A stretch of DNA of 64,000 nucleotides from the NCBI GenBank assembly GCA_024679065.1, contig JAGIQG010000040.1, positions 3,596,001-3,660,000 on the forward strand, in the 5' to 3' direction. The notes under the pieces are model-generated. The model was not told where the DNA came from. It worked only from the letters and a program-made list of their open reading frames with translations, and did not search any database. The position numbers and the translations under genes were made by a program. Shown piece after piece: positions 11,376 through 22,904 of this stretch. Within the stretch, counting starts at the first letter, position 1. Each line of letters opens with the position of its first letter. The DNA is from Sphyrna mokarran (lineage: Eukaryota).

Positions 11376-11777
11376 TAAATATGCAAGAGTTACTGATTCT
11401 TGCACTCCTCAACATGATCAGGCATTTCCACATGTCTCTCTCTGGCCCACTTCCTCTCCTCCCCGCCCCCTTCACTCCCCATCCCCAGCCATCTTCACTG
11501 CTTTCCATTTCTCTCTTAGTGCGGACAAATTAATTACCCAAACTCTCTTGCAATGCCACATTTCCTTGCTCAGTGACTCACTGCGTCCCTGACTTAACCC
11601 ATGTGATTTCAAATCAAATTCCGTCCAGCATGAAACTTCCAGGGTCACAGGTACCAGCTTTGTCAAACAGTCCTCTGGATTCGAAATGATAGCTCTTTTC
11701 TTTCCTTATAGATGATGCCAGACTTGCTGAGATTTTCCCATCATTTTCTCTTTCGTCTTTAATTCTCACTATTTTCA

Positions 11778-11932
11778 GGTTTTTGTCCAGATCTCTCCGT
11801 ATTCTTTATCACTGTGTCTGTGACCATTATCATGTTCGGGTTTTTGTACAGCTCTCTCCTGCAAGATGGTATCTGCAATCCTCGCCATATGTAGGCTTTT
11901 GTATAGCCCGCTGCGCGTTCTGTGTCACTGTG
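11778..11932 (-). promoter_or_regulatory. Three tandem RSS units (two complete 23-RSSs, one nonamer-only)
   Basis: Proximal: CACAGTG (11932-11926)-23-ACAAAAGCC (11902-11894). Middle: nonamer ACAAAAACC (11847-11839) with the heptamer lost. Distal: CACAGTG (11816-11810)-23-ACAAAAACC (11786-11778), a perfect consensus. Confidence 0.88.
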
Positions 11933-12219
11933 CTGTGCACCGAAGTCAATGCACTGTAATACATACCAATTGTAGTTTGGAGAACTTTAACTGACTAATT
12001 TTCTCGGCAGAATCGACAGAAGCAGATATTTTCTCTCCGGCAATGTTTTCTTTTTTTGTCCTCTCTTGAAGTGTGTGTCTAAAGCAGATATTTAGGAGCC
12101 TGCCCTCGGTATTGACTGTACTGCCCTGCTGACAGATTCCTGAATATTCACAGCTCTGTGTAACTGCCTGACAGCAGACGTTTGGAGCGCCAGATTCTGA
12201 GACGTGAGGGAGCTGGAAG
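11933..12219 (-). pseudogene. Supporting TCR delta V pseudogene (inverted paralog of 10970-11275)
   Basis: Reverse strand reads ASSSLTSQNLALQTSA..CEYSGICQ..GQAPKYLL*THTS..ENIAGEKISASVDSAEKISQLKFSKLQL..YYSALT. Contains a stop, frameshifts and loss of the second Cys. Confidence 0.88.
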
Positions 12220-12714
12220 CTGGAAGGGAAGGAATGAACATTACTTGTTTGTTTTCCTCAGTGAAATTGACCATTGAGTGAACATCTCTTTTTTTTCTCG
12301 GACTTCAAATCTGATCGAACAAGATTCACTATGATTGAAATATGAAATATGATGAAATAGGGAAAGAAGTGGTATTATCAATTTGCCTGGTGAATGTTTC
12401 TCATCTAGAATACAAGGTCAGAATTGGTTGTGGAAACCGATTCTTTGTAACTTCCAAACCTATTATGGAATGTGTTACAACAGGGAAAATTGCAGGGCTA
12501 TGGATAAAGTGCATGTGCAGTGGGAACTTCTGGCTTGTTCAGTTGAAGGGACAGCAGCTACCAGAGGAGCCGAATATCGGCCTTCCCACATGTCACGTTA
12601 AATCAATAATTGTTCAGACTCTGTCAACCAACGCCAACAGCCATCCTGATCTCCCACGACACCGACCATATTCCATCAGGTGACACACAAGCTTTCCCCT
12701 CAACTGAAAAAAAA

Positions 12715-13165
12715 AACAGAACGGGAAACAGGCCCTTCGGCCCAACGAGCCCGCGCCGCCACCTCGATGTTCCCACTTCTACACGCGATCCCTGTCCATG
12801 TTTTTAGATCTATGGATTAAAAACCAAATTTGAGACAACTTAGGGAGAATTTGTTTTGCCAATTAGCCTAAGAGCACATCTTTGGGATGTGATGAGCTTT
12901 GGGATGAGCTCCCGGAGAAAACGCACGCAAGCACGGGGAGAATGCGCAAACTCCCACAGATACAGTCCCAAATCCATGTATCTGCACAGCACAGCTATAG
13001 TGACTTCGCTGTCGTGTTGCCCATCAGATGGTCCAGGTCAAGCATACACTAACGATGTGAAGCAGTAGGATACTCTCGAAAAAGGTCCAAGAGCAGTCCT
13101 CTCACGACCCATCGCGTGTATGCCCTTCGTTAGACAACAAGGTGGACCAAAGCACCTGCAGGATA
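12715..13165 (-). mobile_element. HE1-like SINE with extended flank; close copy at ~51760-52135, related copy at ~25400-25660
   Basis: About 380 bp of near-identical sequence is shared with 51760-52135, including the SINE core (cacatctttgggatgtg...gcaaactcccacaga). Confidence 0.65.
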
Positions 13166-16100
13166 AAAACCTGTAGGATAAGAAACAGAGCCTTTGTTGT
13201 TTAGAATTACCTGAAACTCGTCAGTGACAGACCAGTTTATGAGTGAAATCACCGAGGTTCTTCTCATTATTCATTCATCCTGTCTCTGGATTTTATCATA
13301 AGAAGGCAGAGATGAAGGTGTCTTTACACAGATGGGTCACTGGGTGGCGCAGTGACTCTTTCATTCAAGGACCTCGAATTCAACCAAATCGCACACACGA
13401 CTGGGGCACATGTCTGTCTAGGAAAGGAGGTGGGGCGGGGGGGGCGGGGGTCCGTATTATAGGAAAAATGAGGCGGGGTTGATGGGTTTTGGAGAACAGA
13501 ATTAAGCCAAGCCGGAGATAATTAAATCTTCATTCAATGTTTATTTTAAAAACTCGGAGAATGTTTTACAGCAATTTTTTTTTAAAGTTAGAAAAGTGAA
13601 CATAGCGATCGAGCTTCACGTTGAGAACAGAACGCATACACATGGAATCCGTCAATATTTGTACATCTGTTACATACATCAGAAAGACGAAACAAGACCA
13701 TAATAGAAAGAGGAATTAACAAATGTGAACAAGAATTGAGAAAGGTTTCTTATTTATATGAAATTTAAACTCGGAGAAACTATTAATGACCATTATTATA
13801 ACAAAAATTACATTTCACACTAAAAACTGAAATAATGCCTACAATTGCCTCAGTTACAGATTCAGACGATAAACTGCGGGAATTTTGTACCAATTGACTA
13901 TCTCGGGACTGTGGCTGCCTGACACCGCGGTCTAGTACTCACAATGATGGGAACAAGTGAATACTTACACAAAACCTGCAGCAGTTTTCTGGGTCACAGC
14001 TGCTGTCTGCTGAAAGCTGTTTCTAACAGCGGGGCACACATTGACACGTCAATACATGCCCGTGAACGCAAACCAGACCACAATTCACACAAACACCATC
14101 TAAAATCGATCGCAGATGCCATCTGATTCACTGTGAGGGCAGTATTAGCTGTTGTTCATTTGAGAATCGCCGGAAACTCGGCACTAACATTGAGAATACA
14201 AAATGCTGCAGGTAGCGTTGAATTAGCTGTACCCTTACATTGATGTTTCAAAGAACACTCAGGACAAAGGACGGAATAATGTTTGGTTTGATATGTCAGT
14301 CAATGATGTAAATTAATGCCCATATGCTAAGGCAACTTCCAATAATGACAGCAGCTGATCAAACATTTCTCAGTATTACATTAATAAATTAAAGATAACT
14401 GGGAATCGAGGGGAAACTCCATTGGAAAGAGTTCAGTAGAATGTGACTCATATTACTACAATGGATACTTGACATATATTAAGACTAAGAATACTTAACA
14501 TTAAAGGTACAAAAGTTTAATTCAATATATGATTAGAATCCGATGAGAATTGATTAATAAATAAATTATCGTTAAGAACAAGTTTAGTGAGCTTCAGAAA
14601 CTGTAACATTAGGCAAGAAAATCGACTGCATGCAAAAACTTAATTAAGAACGTCAAAAGGTTTGTGAAGCACAGCTGGGGATGGGCAATAAATTCCAGCC
14701 TAACAAGTCACGCCCACATTCGGAAAAGGATTTCTTCAAAGGTTTGCTGGAGAAAGTGCTTTGGAAATCTTTATGTTCAAACCAAGATTTGAACATAATC
14801 TCTCTCCTTTCTTGCTCATCACTCCTGCACTTCCCTCAATATTATATAGCTGTTGAAAATTTACATGTTGTGCGACCTCCTTTAACGGCTGGAACACAAT
14901 ATCAAATACTTTTCTCAGCATTTCCATTGTAATCTACAGTGTGGTATAAATTTTCCAGATACTTTTTTATAATACGTTCAGAAAATGTTCCAATTAAATG
15001 GGGCAGAGGAAATTTCCCCCGCTGCTATTCTGTTGCTTTCCTGCCGCTAATAATTTGGGTTTTTTTAAAATCATGGAAATCTACAGATCGTATAGAAAAA
15101 GCAGCTCCCCGCGACATCTGCCTTGAAAACGTCTCTGTAGTTATGGGTGTAGATCAAGAATGTGGGGGGTTTATTCCGGTCCTGAAGGTACAGCTGTAAA
15201 TAATACGAAGCAACAATGGTTGAAGTGCCAAAAAAAGGTAATCGATTCTCTTTCAAACTTTATCACTGCAACCAATTCCTGGTAGACAAATTCTACACCG
15301 CTCACTCTGCAAAAGAACAGATATATGAAATTTAACTATTTTTATTACCACTCTGTAACAAACAATGTGATCAAGCTAATTTTTTAAAAGAAATACTTGG
15401 AAAGGACAGCCAAAGGGAAGATTTCTACTTTAGTATCGCGAGCAAGCTGAAGATTGCGCAATTCGGGAATTTGTCAGTTAAGCTAATTGAAGCTGCGAGA
15501 AATGTGTAAAAAGTAACACACAGCATGTTCACAGAGTTGATGAGGAATCTGAACTCAGTGAGTTGAAGCTCAATTGTTTTATTTCACACTTCAGAAGATG
15601 TTGAGTAATATCCGGCCTCACTGGTGATTGGTTCATTTCTGACAGATCCAGCTGCAGACACACAATCAGCTCACAGCTCCTTTGTCCTATATTTCATCCA
15701 ATCAGCTCCGACTGCCTTTTTTCTCCAATTCATGACGTCAGAGCGAGGAGCAGGAACCATTTGAACCTGTTCTCTGAACAATGAACTGGACGACAGAACA
15801 TCAAAGAATAGGGAATAGGAGCTGCAGTGGACCATTTGCTCCTTCATTAGGGCCTATTCCGTCATTCAGTAAATTCATTGTTAATCTAACGCATACTCAC
15901 CTTCCCGCACTACCTCCATATCGGTTATTTTCCTGAATATCCGCAAACCTATCAACTGCTTCCAAGAAAGCAAACAAATATATGACGGCCACTCTCTTTG
16001 TCACAACAAGTGCACTAAAGCAAATGTGTGTGCACTTTCACTGAGATGACCTTTGAAATACGATGCTGATAGATTTATTTAATGTTGTAATAATAGCACC

Positions 16101-16290
16101 AGATTCAGAGTTGCTCGTAAACCACGGAAACTACGATAAAGGGAGATTTTACATAAACTGACAGGCATTCAGCACCAACAAAGTGATCTTGTGGACTCAT
16201 GGTTTGTATGATATTATTTTATTTATATTAGCCGTTAACTATCCAGCTTACAGACCTGATTCAGCGAGAAGAAGGGAGATTGCCTTTGTT

Positions 16291-16329
16291 GGTTTTTGTA
16301 CGGATTGACTGTGCCTCTGTAACAGTGTG
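16291..16329 (-). promoter_or_regulatory. 23-RSS
   Basis: CACACTG (16329-16323), 23 nt, ACAAAAACC (16299-16291). Confidence 0.9.
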
Positions 16330-16769
16330 AGGTTCAGGGCACAGTAATACATGGCAGAGTCTGAGACACGGGCCCTGGTGATATTTAATGGAGCTGTTTT
16401 CTTGTCTTTGTCCAAATCAGCAGAAAACCGGTCCGAGAAATCGGCAGATGTTTCCCTCTTCGCCTTGCCGTAACTTTTCAATACATATCTGACACCTTCT
16501 CCCGGTCGCAGGATGTACCAGAAGAGAGTTTGTTCAGCGAATTTTGCTTTATAACTGCAGTTCAAAATTACCGTCTGTCCTTCCTGAACAGTTAATTCAG
16601 GCGGCTCCTGGGAAACCGACGTTTGGCCACTGGTTTCTGTAACAACATACAGAATGTGTGTGAGAAGCCTGTGAGTAAATATAACCCATGAAACACACAC
16701 TGAGGATTTGAGCTCAGACTCACCGGGCAGCATGACCATTATTATCAGTAACACGCACAGGGAACACAT
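16330..16769 (-). CDS. Intact TCR alpha/delta V gene: leader 16769-16724, V exon 16636-16330
   Basis: Leader MCSLCVLLIIMVMLP+G|gtgagt; 87-nt intron ending ttacag. V exon reads ETSGQTSVSQEPPELTVQEGQTVILNCSY...LFWY...DSAMYYCALN. Confidence 0.93.
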
Positions 16770-16929
16770 GATTCCTGATTGGACCGCAAACAGGGGCACG
16801 GCTTGAAATATGTTGCTCTTTCTTGTCTAATATCACAGAGTGAACTCAGATCAGAGACAGCTTCAATTATTGGGAAACTGTGGGAGTGGGGTCATGTTTC
16901 AGTGCTGCGATTGGCTAGTCTTCCAAAGA

Positions 16930-16950
16930 TGACGTCAGCTGTAGACCAAT
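16930..16950. promoter_or_regulatory. CRE (TGACGTCA) and CCAAT in V promoter
   Basis: TGACGTCA at 16930-16937, ~160 bp upstream of the leader ATG. CRE-like motifs are known TCR V promoter elements. Confidence 0.55.
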
Positions 16951-17489
16951 CACTGTTAGCGGAGGAGTAAACTCAGTTTCAATCACATCCCACCCCCGGC
17001 TGTGTGCGTCTTTCTCGCTTTCTTTCTCTCTCCATGGAAGATTTATAACATTATCAATTATACTTGCTCTTTGTCCGTTTAACTCTTTTCCGTTCGAACT
17101 CAATGTCCCTGACTTTTTGCATAGATCTTTCTCTCGATCTGAATTTAAAAGTGTAATATTTAACTTACACTCATTTATTCCGCGGGTATTAGTAAGTGCA
17201 TCTATTACAGGAACATAAGTAGTAGTTAACATTAATTACTCTTTTAAGTGTACTGGGAACATGTAGTCATCAGACTCCATTTTGTCAGTGCAGGCTTGGA
17301 AGGCCAAAATGTATATTCTTGTTCTGCCATTTTCTTTTTTCCACATTGAGCTGCGTTGCACTGGAGTTGTTCGTTTTCCGGGAAAGCAATTATTTCAATC
17401 AGTCATTATTTCAATCCAGAAACTGCATAATGTGACAACTCTGCCTTTGATCCTAGATCATATTTGGCTTATAAAGAGTGACAGAGTAA

Positions 17490-17912
17490 ATTGGGACTAC
17501 ACTCACTGGAATTCAGAAGAAGGAGTGGAGATCTTAGAGAAACATATAAGATCATGAAGGGAATAGATTAGGTAGAAACAGGGAAGTTATTTCCACTGTC
17601 AGGTGAACTAGGGGGCATGGTCTCAAAATAAGCGGGATCAGATTCAGAACTGAGTTGGGGAGGAAATTTTTCATCCAAATGGTTGTGAATCTGTGGAATT
17701 CGCTGCCCAGTGAAACAGCTGAGGCTACCTCATCGATTACTTTTTTAAGGCAAGAATGGATACATTTTTGAATAGTAAAGGAATTAAGGATTGTAGTGAG
17801 CGGTGGGTAAGTGGAGCTGAGCCCGCGAAATGATCTTACTGAGTGGTGGAGCAGACTCAAGGGGTCAGATGGCCTACTCCTACTCCTTGGTGTTATGTTT
17901 TTATCTTATGTT
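17490..17912 (+). mobile_element. CR1 LINE 3' fragment
   Basis: Typical CR1 3' sequence and tail (ggcctactcctactcct...ttatgttctta). Confidence 0.75.
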
Positions 17913-18199
17913 CTTACTTCACCGATCTCCGCTAACAGACAGACATCTGATACAGAAAGATTAAAAGTACAGATTGATGGAGTTATTCGCCCGGGCTATG
18001 CGGGTTTTTGTGATTGGCATGGGAAATTATTGGATTTGATTTGGAAGTAATCTGAGCGTCAAGTATCACGTTTACTAACAGTGGTAATCATTGATCTCAA
18101 TGAGATAAATCCACTCAGATGAAGCTGCAATGACGGATTTATTCTGCGAACAGTTTCTCTGTAATTTGTGTGTTTTCCTGACAACAGACTCCTGATTCT

Positions 18200-18508
18200 G
18201 AGTCTCGGTGCAAAGTAAAGCACGGAGCTACCCGTTAGCTTTAAACCTTTCACGGACAAGTGAAAAGTGCTCTGTTTCAGGTTGACATTCCCGCTGAAGT
18301 GTTCAAAGCCTTCATATCGGTAAATTCATAACTATTGGCTCTGAGCAAATACGGAGGAGCTCATTGTAGATACTGGCGATACCAGAACAAGCAATTTTGT
18401 TTTGCAGCTGTACTCGATTCAGAGTAACAGCAGAGAATTCATGATCGTCACCCTCTGCTGCTTGGATTACGGGTACTGACTGAGACACTAAATCACTGTT
18501 AGTCATCC
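18200..18508 (-). pseudogene. TCR V pseudogene
   Basis: Acceptor ttttcag. Reads GMTNSDLVSQSVPVIQAAEG../LCCY..CLFWYRQYLQ*APPYLL../HFSGNVNLKQSTFHLSVKGLKLTGSSVLYFAPR, with frameshifts, a stop, loss of the second Cys and a degraded RSS. A possible leader remnant (SLPLFLAFGLKPWG|gtgaa) lies at ~18903-18945. Confidence 0.82.
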
Positions 18509-18648
18509 CTGAAAATAACGGATGCAAAGAGCCTTAGATGGAACAACAACAATGGAATAATCGTCTGGAGATGGAAATGAGCAATGATTTTGGTGATGGG
18601 CGGATTTCACGCAGGCGTTCAGAATGACTAACCTGTGATCAGGAAAAG

Positions 18649-18867
18649 GCACAAAGATGCCGGCGTTGGACTGGGGTAAACACGTAAGAAGTCTCACAAC
18701 ACCAGGTTTTAGTCCAACCAATTTATTGGCAGTAATCCCATAAGCTTTCGGAAACGGCTTTTATTGGTCAGGTGTGTGGAAGTTCTGGGAACCGTTTTCG
18801 AAAGCTTGTGGGATTACTATCAAATAGATTAGTTGGACTAAAACCTCGTGTTGTCAGACTTCTTACT
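18649..18867. mobile_element. Palindromic non-autonomous Penelope-pLTR-derived element; relatives at ~38134-38285, ~48250-48375, ~63657-63808
   Basis: ~74-bp inverted arms (18684-~18757 / ~18792-18866). Flanked by the 11-bp direct repeat ATCAGGAAAAG (18638-18648, 18868-18878). The arm resembles the 3' end of the Penelope element at ~60030-60112. Confidence 0.72.
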
Positions 18868-19434
18868 ATCAGGAAAAGAACCAGAGTTAGATAGCGTTTC
18901 ACCCCATGGTTTCAGACCGAACGCCAGAAACAGAGGCAGTGATCACTGACTGTACCAGACCTTCAAGAAGGGAAGTTGAAACAGCCAGGGAAATGCAATG
19001 ACGTCGAATGCGATTCCCTCTCTCCGCCCATTTTCACATGTTCAACTGATCGCTTCCTCTAGAAGGGGAATCGTGATGTTTGATAATTGATGAGAGAGCG
19101 CCCTCCCGAGGACAACACTGTCGCATTTTAGAAACATCACTCAGCCACGTGCAAAGGCCAACATACATAGATTTGCAAAACCGTTCAGATATAAGCACAG
19201 CCACAGACATCAATTCCGACATTCCTAGTCATTAAGACAGAAAGCAGATAGTTCTGGAGATATTTAACACATATTAATTTGAGTTGTTGAGAATGAAAGA
19301 ATGTGAATAACTATACCTTTCGTATTCACTGCAGGCCTCCTGTCCTGCATCGAATCGACAGAAGCATTGACAATAAGACAAATAGAAACTGTGAAAGATT
19401 CCTAAACCGATCTACTCAAACATTGAAGTAGGGT

Positions 19435-19702
19435 AACATGGCGACATAGAAGTTAGCGCTGCTGCCTCACAGGACCCGGGATCAATTCCTAACGTATTCT
19501 GTGTAATATCTGCATATTTTCCCCATGTCTGTGTGTGTTTCCTTTGGGTGCACCGTCTGAAGGACGTGCTGGTTAGGTGAATTAGCCATGCTAAATTCTC
19601 CCTCAGAGTACCTGAACTGATGCCGGAGTATGGCTTCCAGGAGATTTTCACTCTCGCTTCATTGCAGTGCTATTGTAAGCTTTGTGTCAGAAATAAATAA
19701 AC
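19435..19702 (+). mobile_element. HE1-like tRNA-derived SINE; other copies at ~55-352(-), ~10615-10850(-), ~28135-28415(+), ~30915-31080(-), ~36295-36580(+), ~38770-39097(-), ~55640-55805(-), ~61880-62160(+)
   Basis: tRNA-like head (ttagcgctgctgcctcacag..acccggg.tcaattcc) and conserved body (gacgtgctggttaggtgaatt.gccatgctaaattctccctcag). Confidence 0.75.
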
Positions 19703-19809
19703 TGAAATAGAGAACATCATTAACGAAGAAAATCAAATAGATTGATACAACGATAGGTAGACAGAACAGAATTGAGAAGAGAAGAGGTAGGACACTGAAG
19801 AGTTTAGTA

Positions 19810-20712
19810 GAACAGAGGGATCTGGGAACAGTTAAAGTGGCATCACAGGTAGATAGGGTCGTAAAGAGTGGTTTTAGAATGTTGGCCTTTATACATCAAA
19901 GTATTGAGTATATGATTTGGAATGTTATGATGAGGTTATATAAGACATTGGTGAGGCCGAATTTAGCATATTGTGTGCAGGTTTGGTCACCTCGTTACAG
20001 GAGGGATATTAATAAGGTTAAAAGAGTGCAGAGAAGGTTTACAAGGATGTTGCCAGGACTTGAGAAACTAGTTACAGAGAAAGGTTGAATAGGTTAGGAC
20101 TTTATTCCCTGGAGCGTAGAAGAATGAGGGGAGATTTGATAGAGGTGTATAAAATTATGATGGGTATAGATAGAATGAATGCAGCAGACTTTTTCCACTG
20201 AGACTAAGGGAGAAGAAAACTAGAGGACATGGGTTAAGGGTGAAGGGGGGAAAGTTTAAAGGGATTATGGAGGAGAGGGGCTTCTTCACACAGTGAATGG
20301 TGGGAGTGTGGCTATCTAGATAAGTCTTAAACGATCCCAGCGTGTCCGCCTCAACCACCTTGCTTGGCAGCACATTCCAGACCTCCACCACTCTCAGTGT
20401 AAAAGAACAAAAAAAGTACAGCACAGGAACAGGCCCTTCGGCCCTCCAAGCCTGCGCCGCTCATTTGCCCAACCAGACCATTCGTTTGTATCCCTTTATT
20501 CCTTGTCTATTCACGTGGAATGAGCTGTCAGATGAAGTGGTAAATGCGGGCTCACTTTTAACGTTTAAGAAAAACTTGGGCAGGTACATGGATGAGAAGG
20601 ATGTGGAGGGATATGGTCCAGGTGCAAGTGAATAGGACTAGGCAGAAAAATGGTTTGGCACAGTCAAGAAAGGCCTCTTTTGTGCTGTAGCATTCTATGG
20701 CTCTATGGTTCT
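19810..20712 (+). mobile_element. CR1 LINE 3' end with an internal inverted CR1 piece (~20310-20512)
   Basis: ORF 19837-20088 (LYKTLVRPNLAYCVQVWSP) and a ttctatgg tail. Confidence 0.85.
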
Positions 20713-21565
20713 AGATGCAATCTTTGACAATGTCAAAAACTTTGGAAGTTCCAGAATAAGCTTTGTGAAAGGGAATTCCGTAAGGTTATGTCAGTGCAGC
20801 AACACAAATACCAGACATGCTAACAAATATAATACAAGACATGTTCATATTGTTCATTATATGCAAACGCACACGTGAAGAACAGGTGGCGCACAACACC
20901 AGGGTAAATTGAGGAATTTACAATGACACCGTATCTTTCTAGTTAGTGTAATGTGTGTAATATTGATTACATTAGTCATACCCTTCAATCTCCCTCAGTT
21001 GACAGTTTGTTGAAACATCACCCCCAGTGTTTTGAACCAACTATTACGTCCTCAAAATCTGCAAAGGTGCTTTACAATCAGCGAATCTGACATCAAGTAC
21101 AGTGACACTGTAATGAAGGAATTATTATTTCTCACAGAGGGAGGTTGGAAAGTTTACTTCTTTAGTAGAAAGTTTTATGAATCTGGCATTAACATGAATA
21201 AAAGAATGGAAGGATTGGGTATTTTCCAGATGATTTCTATTATTTACCATGTGCACCGCCACACGCAGCCAAGAGCCGACCCACCCTCACTCTGTGTTTT
21301 GCCTTCTGTCGGTATGACTCCTCATCTCCATATACTTTCTCCAGGATCGGGAAGTCTCACGTTGGTCAGGGCAACTGTTTATTTTCCTAATACATGCGGT
21401 ATTGAATCTGCGAGTGAGTGATTGGATAATGTAGAGGGAGATTTGTACTGCATCACAACTACACCATACCTGCTCTATAACATGATACAGATTGTAGAGG
21501 GAGTTTTTAATTCTATTTGTGCTTAACCTATTGGACTCAATGACATCTTTGCTGATAACCAATGG

Positions 21566-21610
21566 CGCGCGCGCGCACACACACACACACATACACACAA
21601 ACACACACAC
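21566..21610. repeat. (GC)n(CA)n microsatellite
   Basis: gcgcgcgcgcgcacacacacacac... Confidence 0.9.
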
Positions 21611-21747
21611 ATTTTAGTTGTTATGAGTCTTTATTGGTTAGGACGATGACAAGATTCTATTCATAACAAATTATTCATACAACCTTATAAAAAATGGAAT
21701 TATTAATAGGAATAAAATGAACAATTTGGTGAAACTACCCAAGTGTA

Positions 21748-21835
21748 GACGCTTTTGTCTAGGGGTATGATTCTTGCTATTTGTATTTGAGATGAAATGT
21801 GCATGAAATGCTGAGTTCAACTCTCGGACGTGCCC
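21748..21835 (+). pseudogene. tRNA-Pro pseudogene with ~16-nt insertion in the anticodon loop
   Basis: gtctaggggtatgattcttgct ... gagttcaactctcggacgtgccc matches the two halves of vertebrate tRNA-Pro. Confidence 0.7.
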
Positions 21836-22904
21836 TGTGATGTTGATTCCGATTGCCTAATTCGCACGATTTGTTCATTTCTTCCTGTTACAGATCGGGG
21901 GATTGGCTCGAGAATCTGAGCACAAACTGCAGGAAATCCATGCTCGCTCGAAAAACGGATTTCAAATGGTTTGACTTAGAAGGGGACATTCACTTTTATC
22001 ACCATTCACCTGTTCAAGGGACCCCATGATTGCCCGTTCAGACAGTTGACTGGATGTTTCTTTTTATTCATTGCAGAGATGTGGGTGTCCCTCGCTAAGC
22101 CGGCATTTATTATCCATCACTAATTCCCTTGAGAATGTGGTGGTGAGCTGCCTTCTTGAATTGCTGCAGTCTATCGATATAGGTACATCCATAGTGCTGT
22201 TCGTGGCGGGAGAGCGGTTATTCCAGAGTCATCTCCCAATGACGGTAAAGGCTCAGTCATAAATTTTCAAGGCAACATTGTGATCGACTTGTAGGTGATC
22301 TTCCTCGTGGAAATGCTCTTGGGTTTGGAAAGTGGTGTCTAAGATGTATTTGGTGAGTTCCAACGAAACAAGTGGGGTGTGTATTGACTCACATTCTCGA
22401 GTTGTGCCAAGTAGATTGTGAACAGGTTTTAGGGTGTCAGGTGAGTTATTCGTTGTAGGATTCCCAGCCTCTAACCTGTGCCTGTAGCTACTGCACGAAC
22501 TAATAAAATGTGCGTTGAGTAAAAATAGCAGCATCACTTTTCCTGCTCAGAGTGCAGTGGACTCTTAGCACTTCTTTTTCATTTGTTTCTGAATGCATGT
22601 TGAGGCCTAATGCCATATGCATGTGAAGTATTACATTCAAATAATTTTCAAGTGTTGCTTCCCTGAGGGGAATGGTTAGTGGTTGGGTCGTCTTATAGTT
22701 TTTGGATAGCAGTTTGAATCCCACCACGATAGGTTAACTGAGCCACTCAATTCAAGGGCAATTAAGGATGATTATAAATGAATGAGGACAATCTCAATGA
22801 TGGACATTTTTTTCACAAATAGATACAAACGTTTTGATAAAGTTTCTGCCTGAAACTGTCAAAACGTCGGGTTAATATGTAACAACTGTCCCATTTACGC
22901 ATGT

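Noticed and set aside
14129-14135. CACTGTG, possible J/D RSS
   Set aside because: No nonamer at the correct spacing and no J motif follows.
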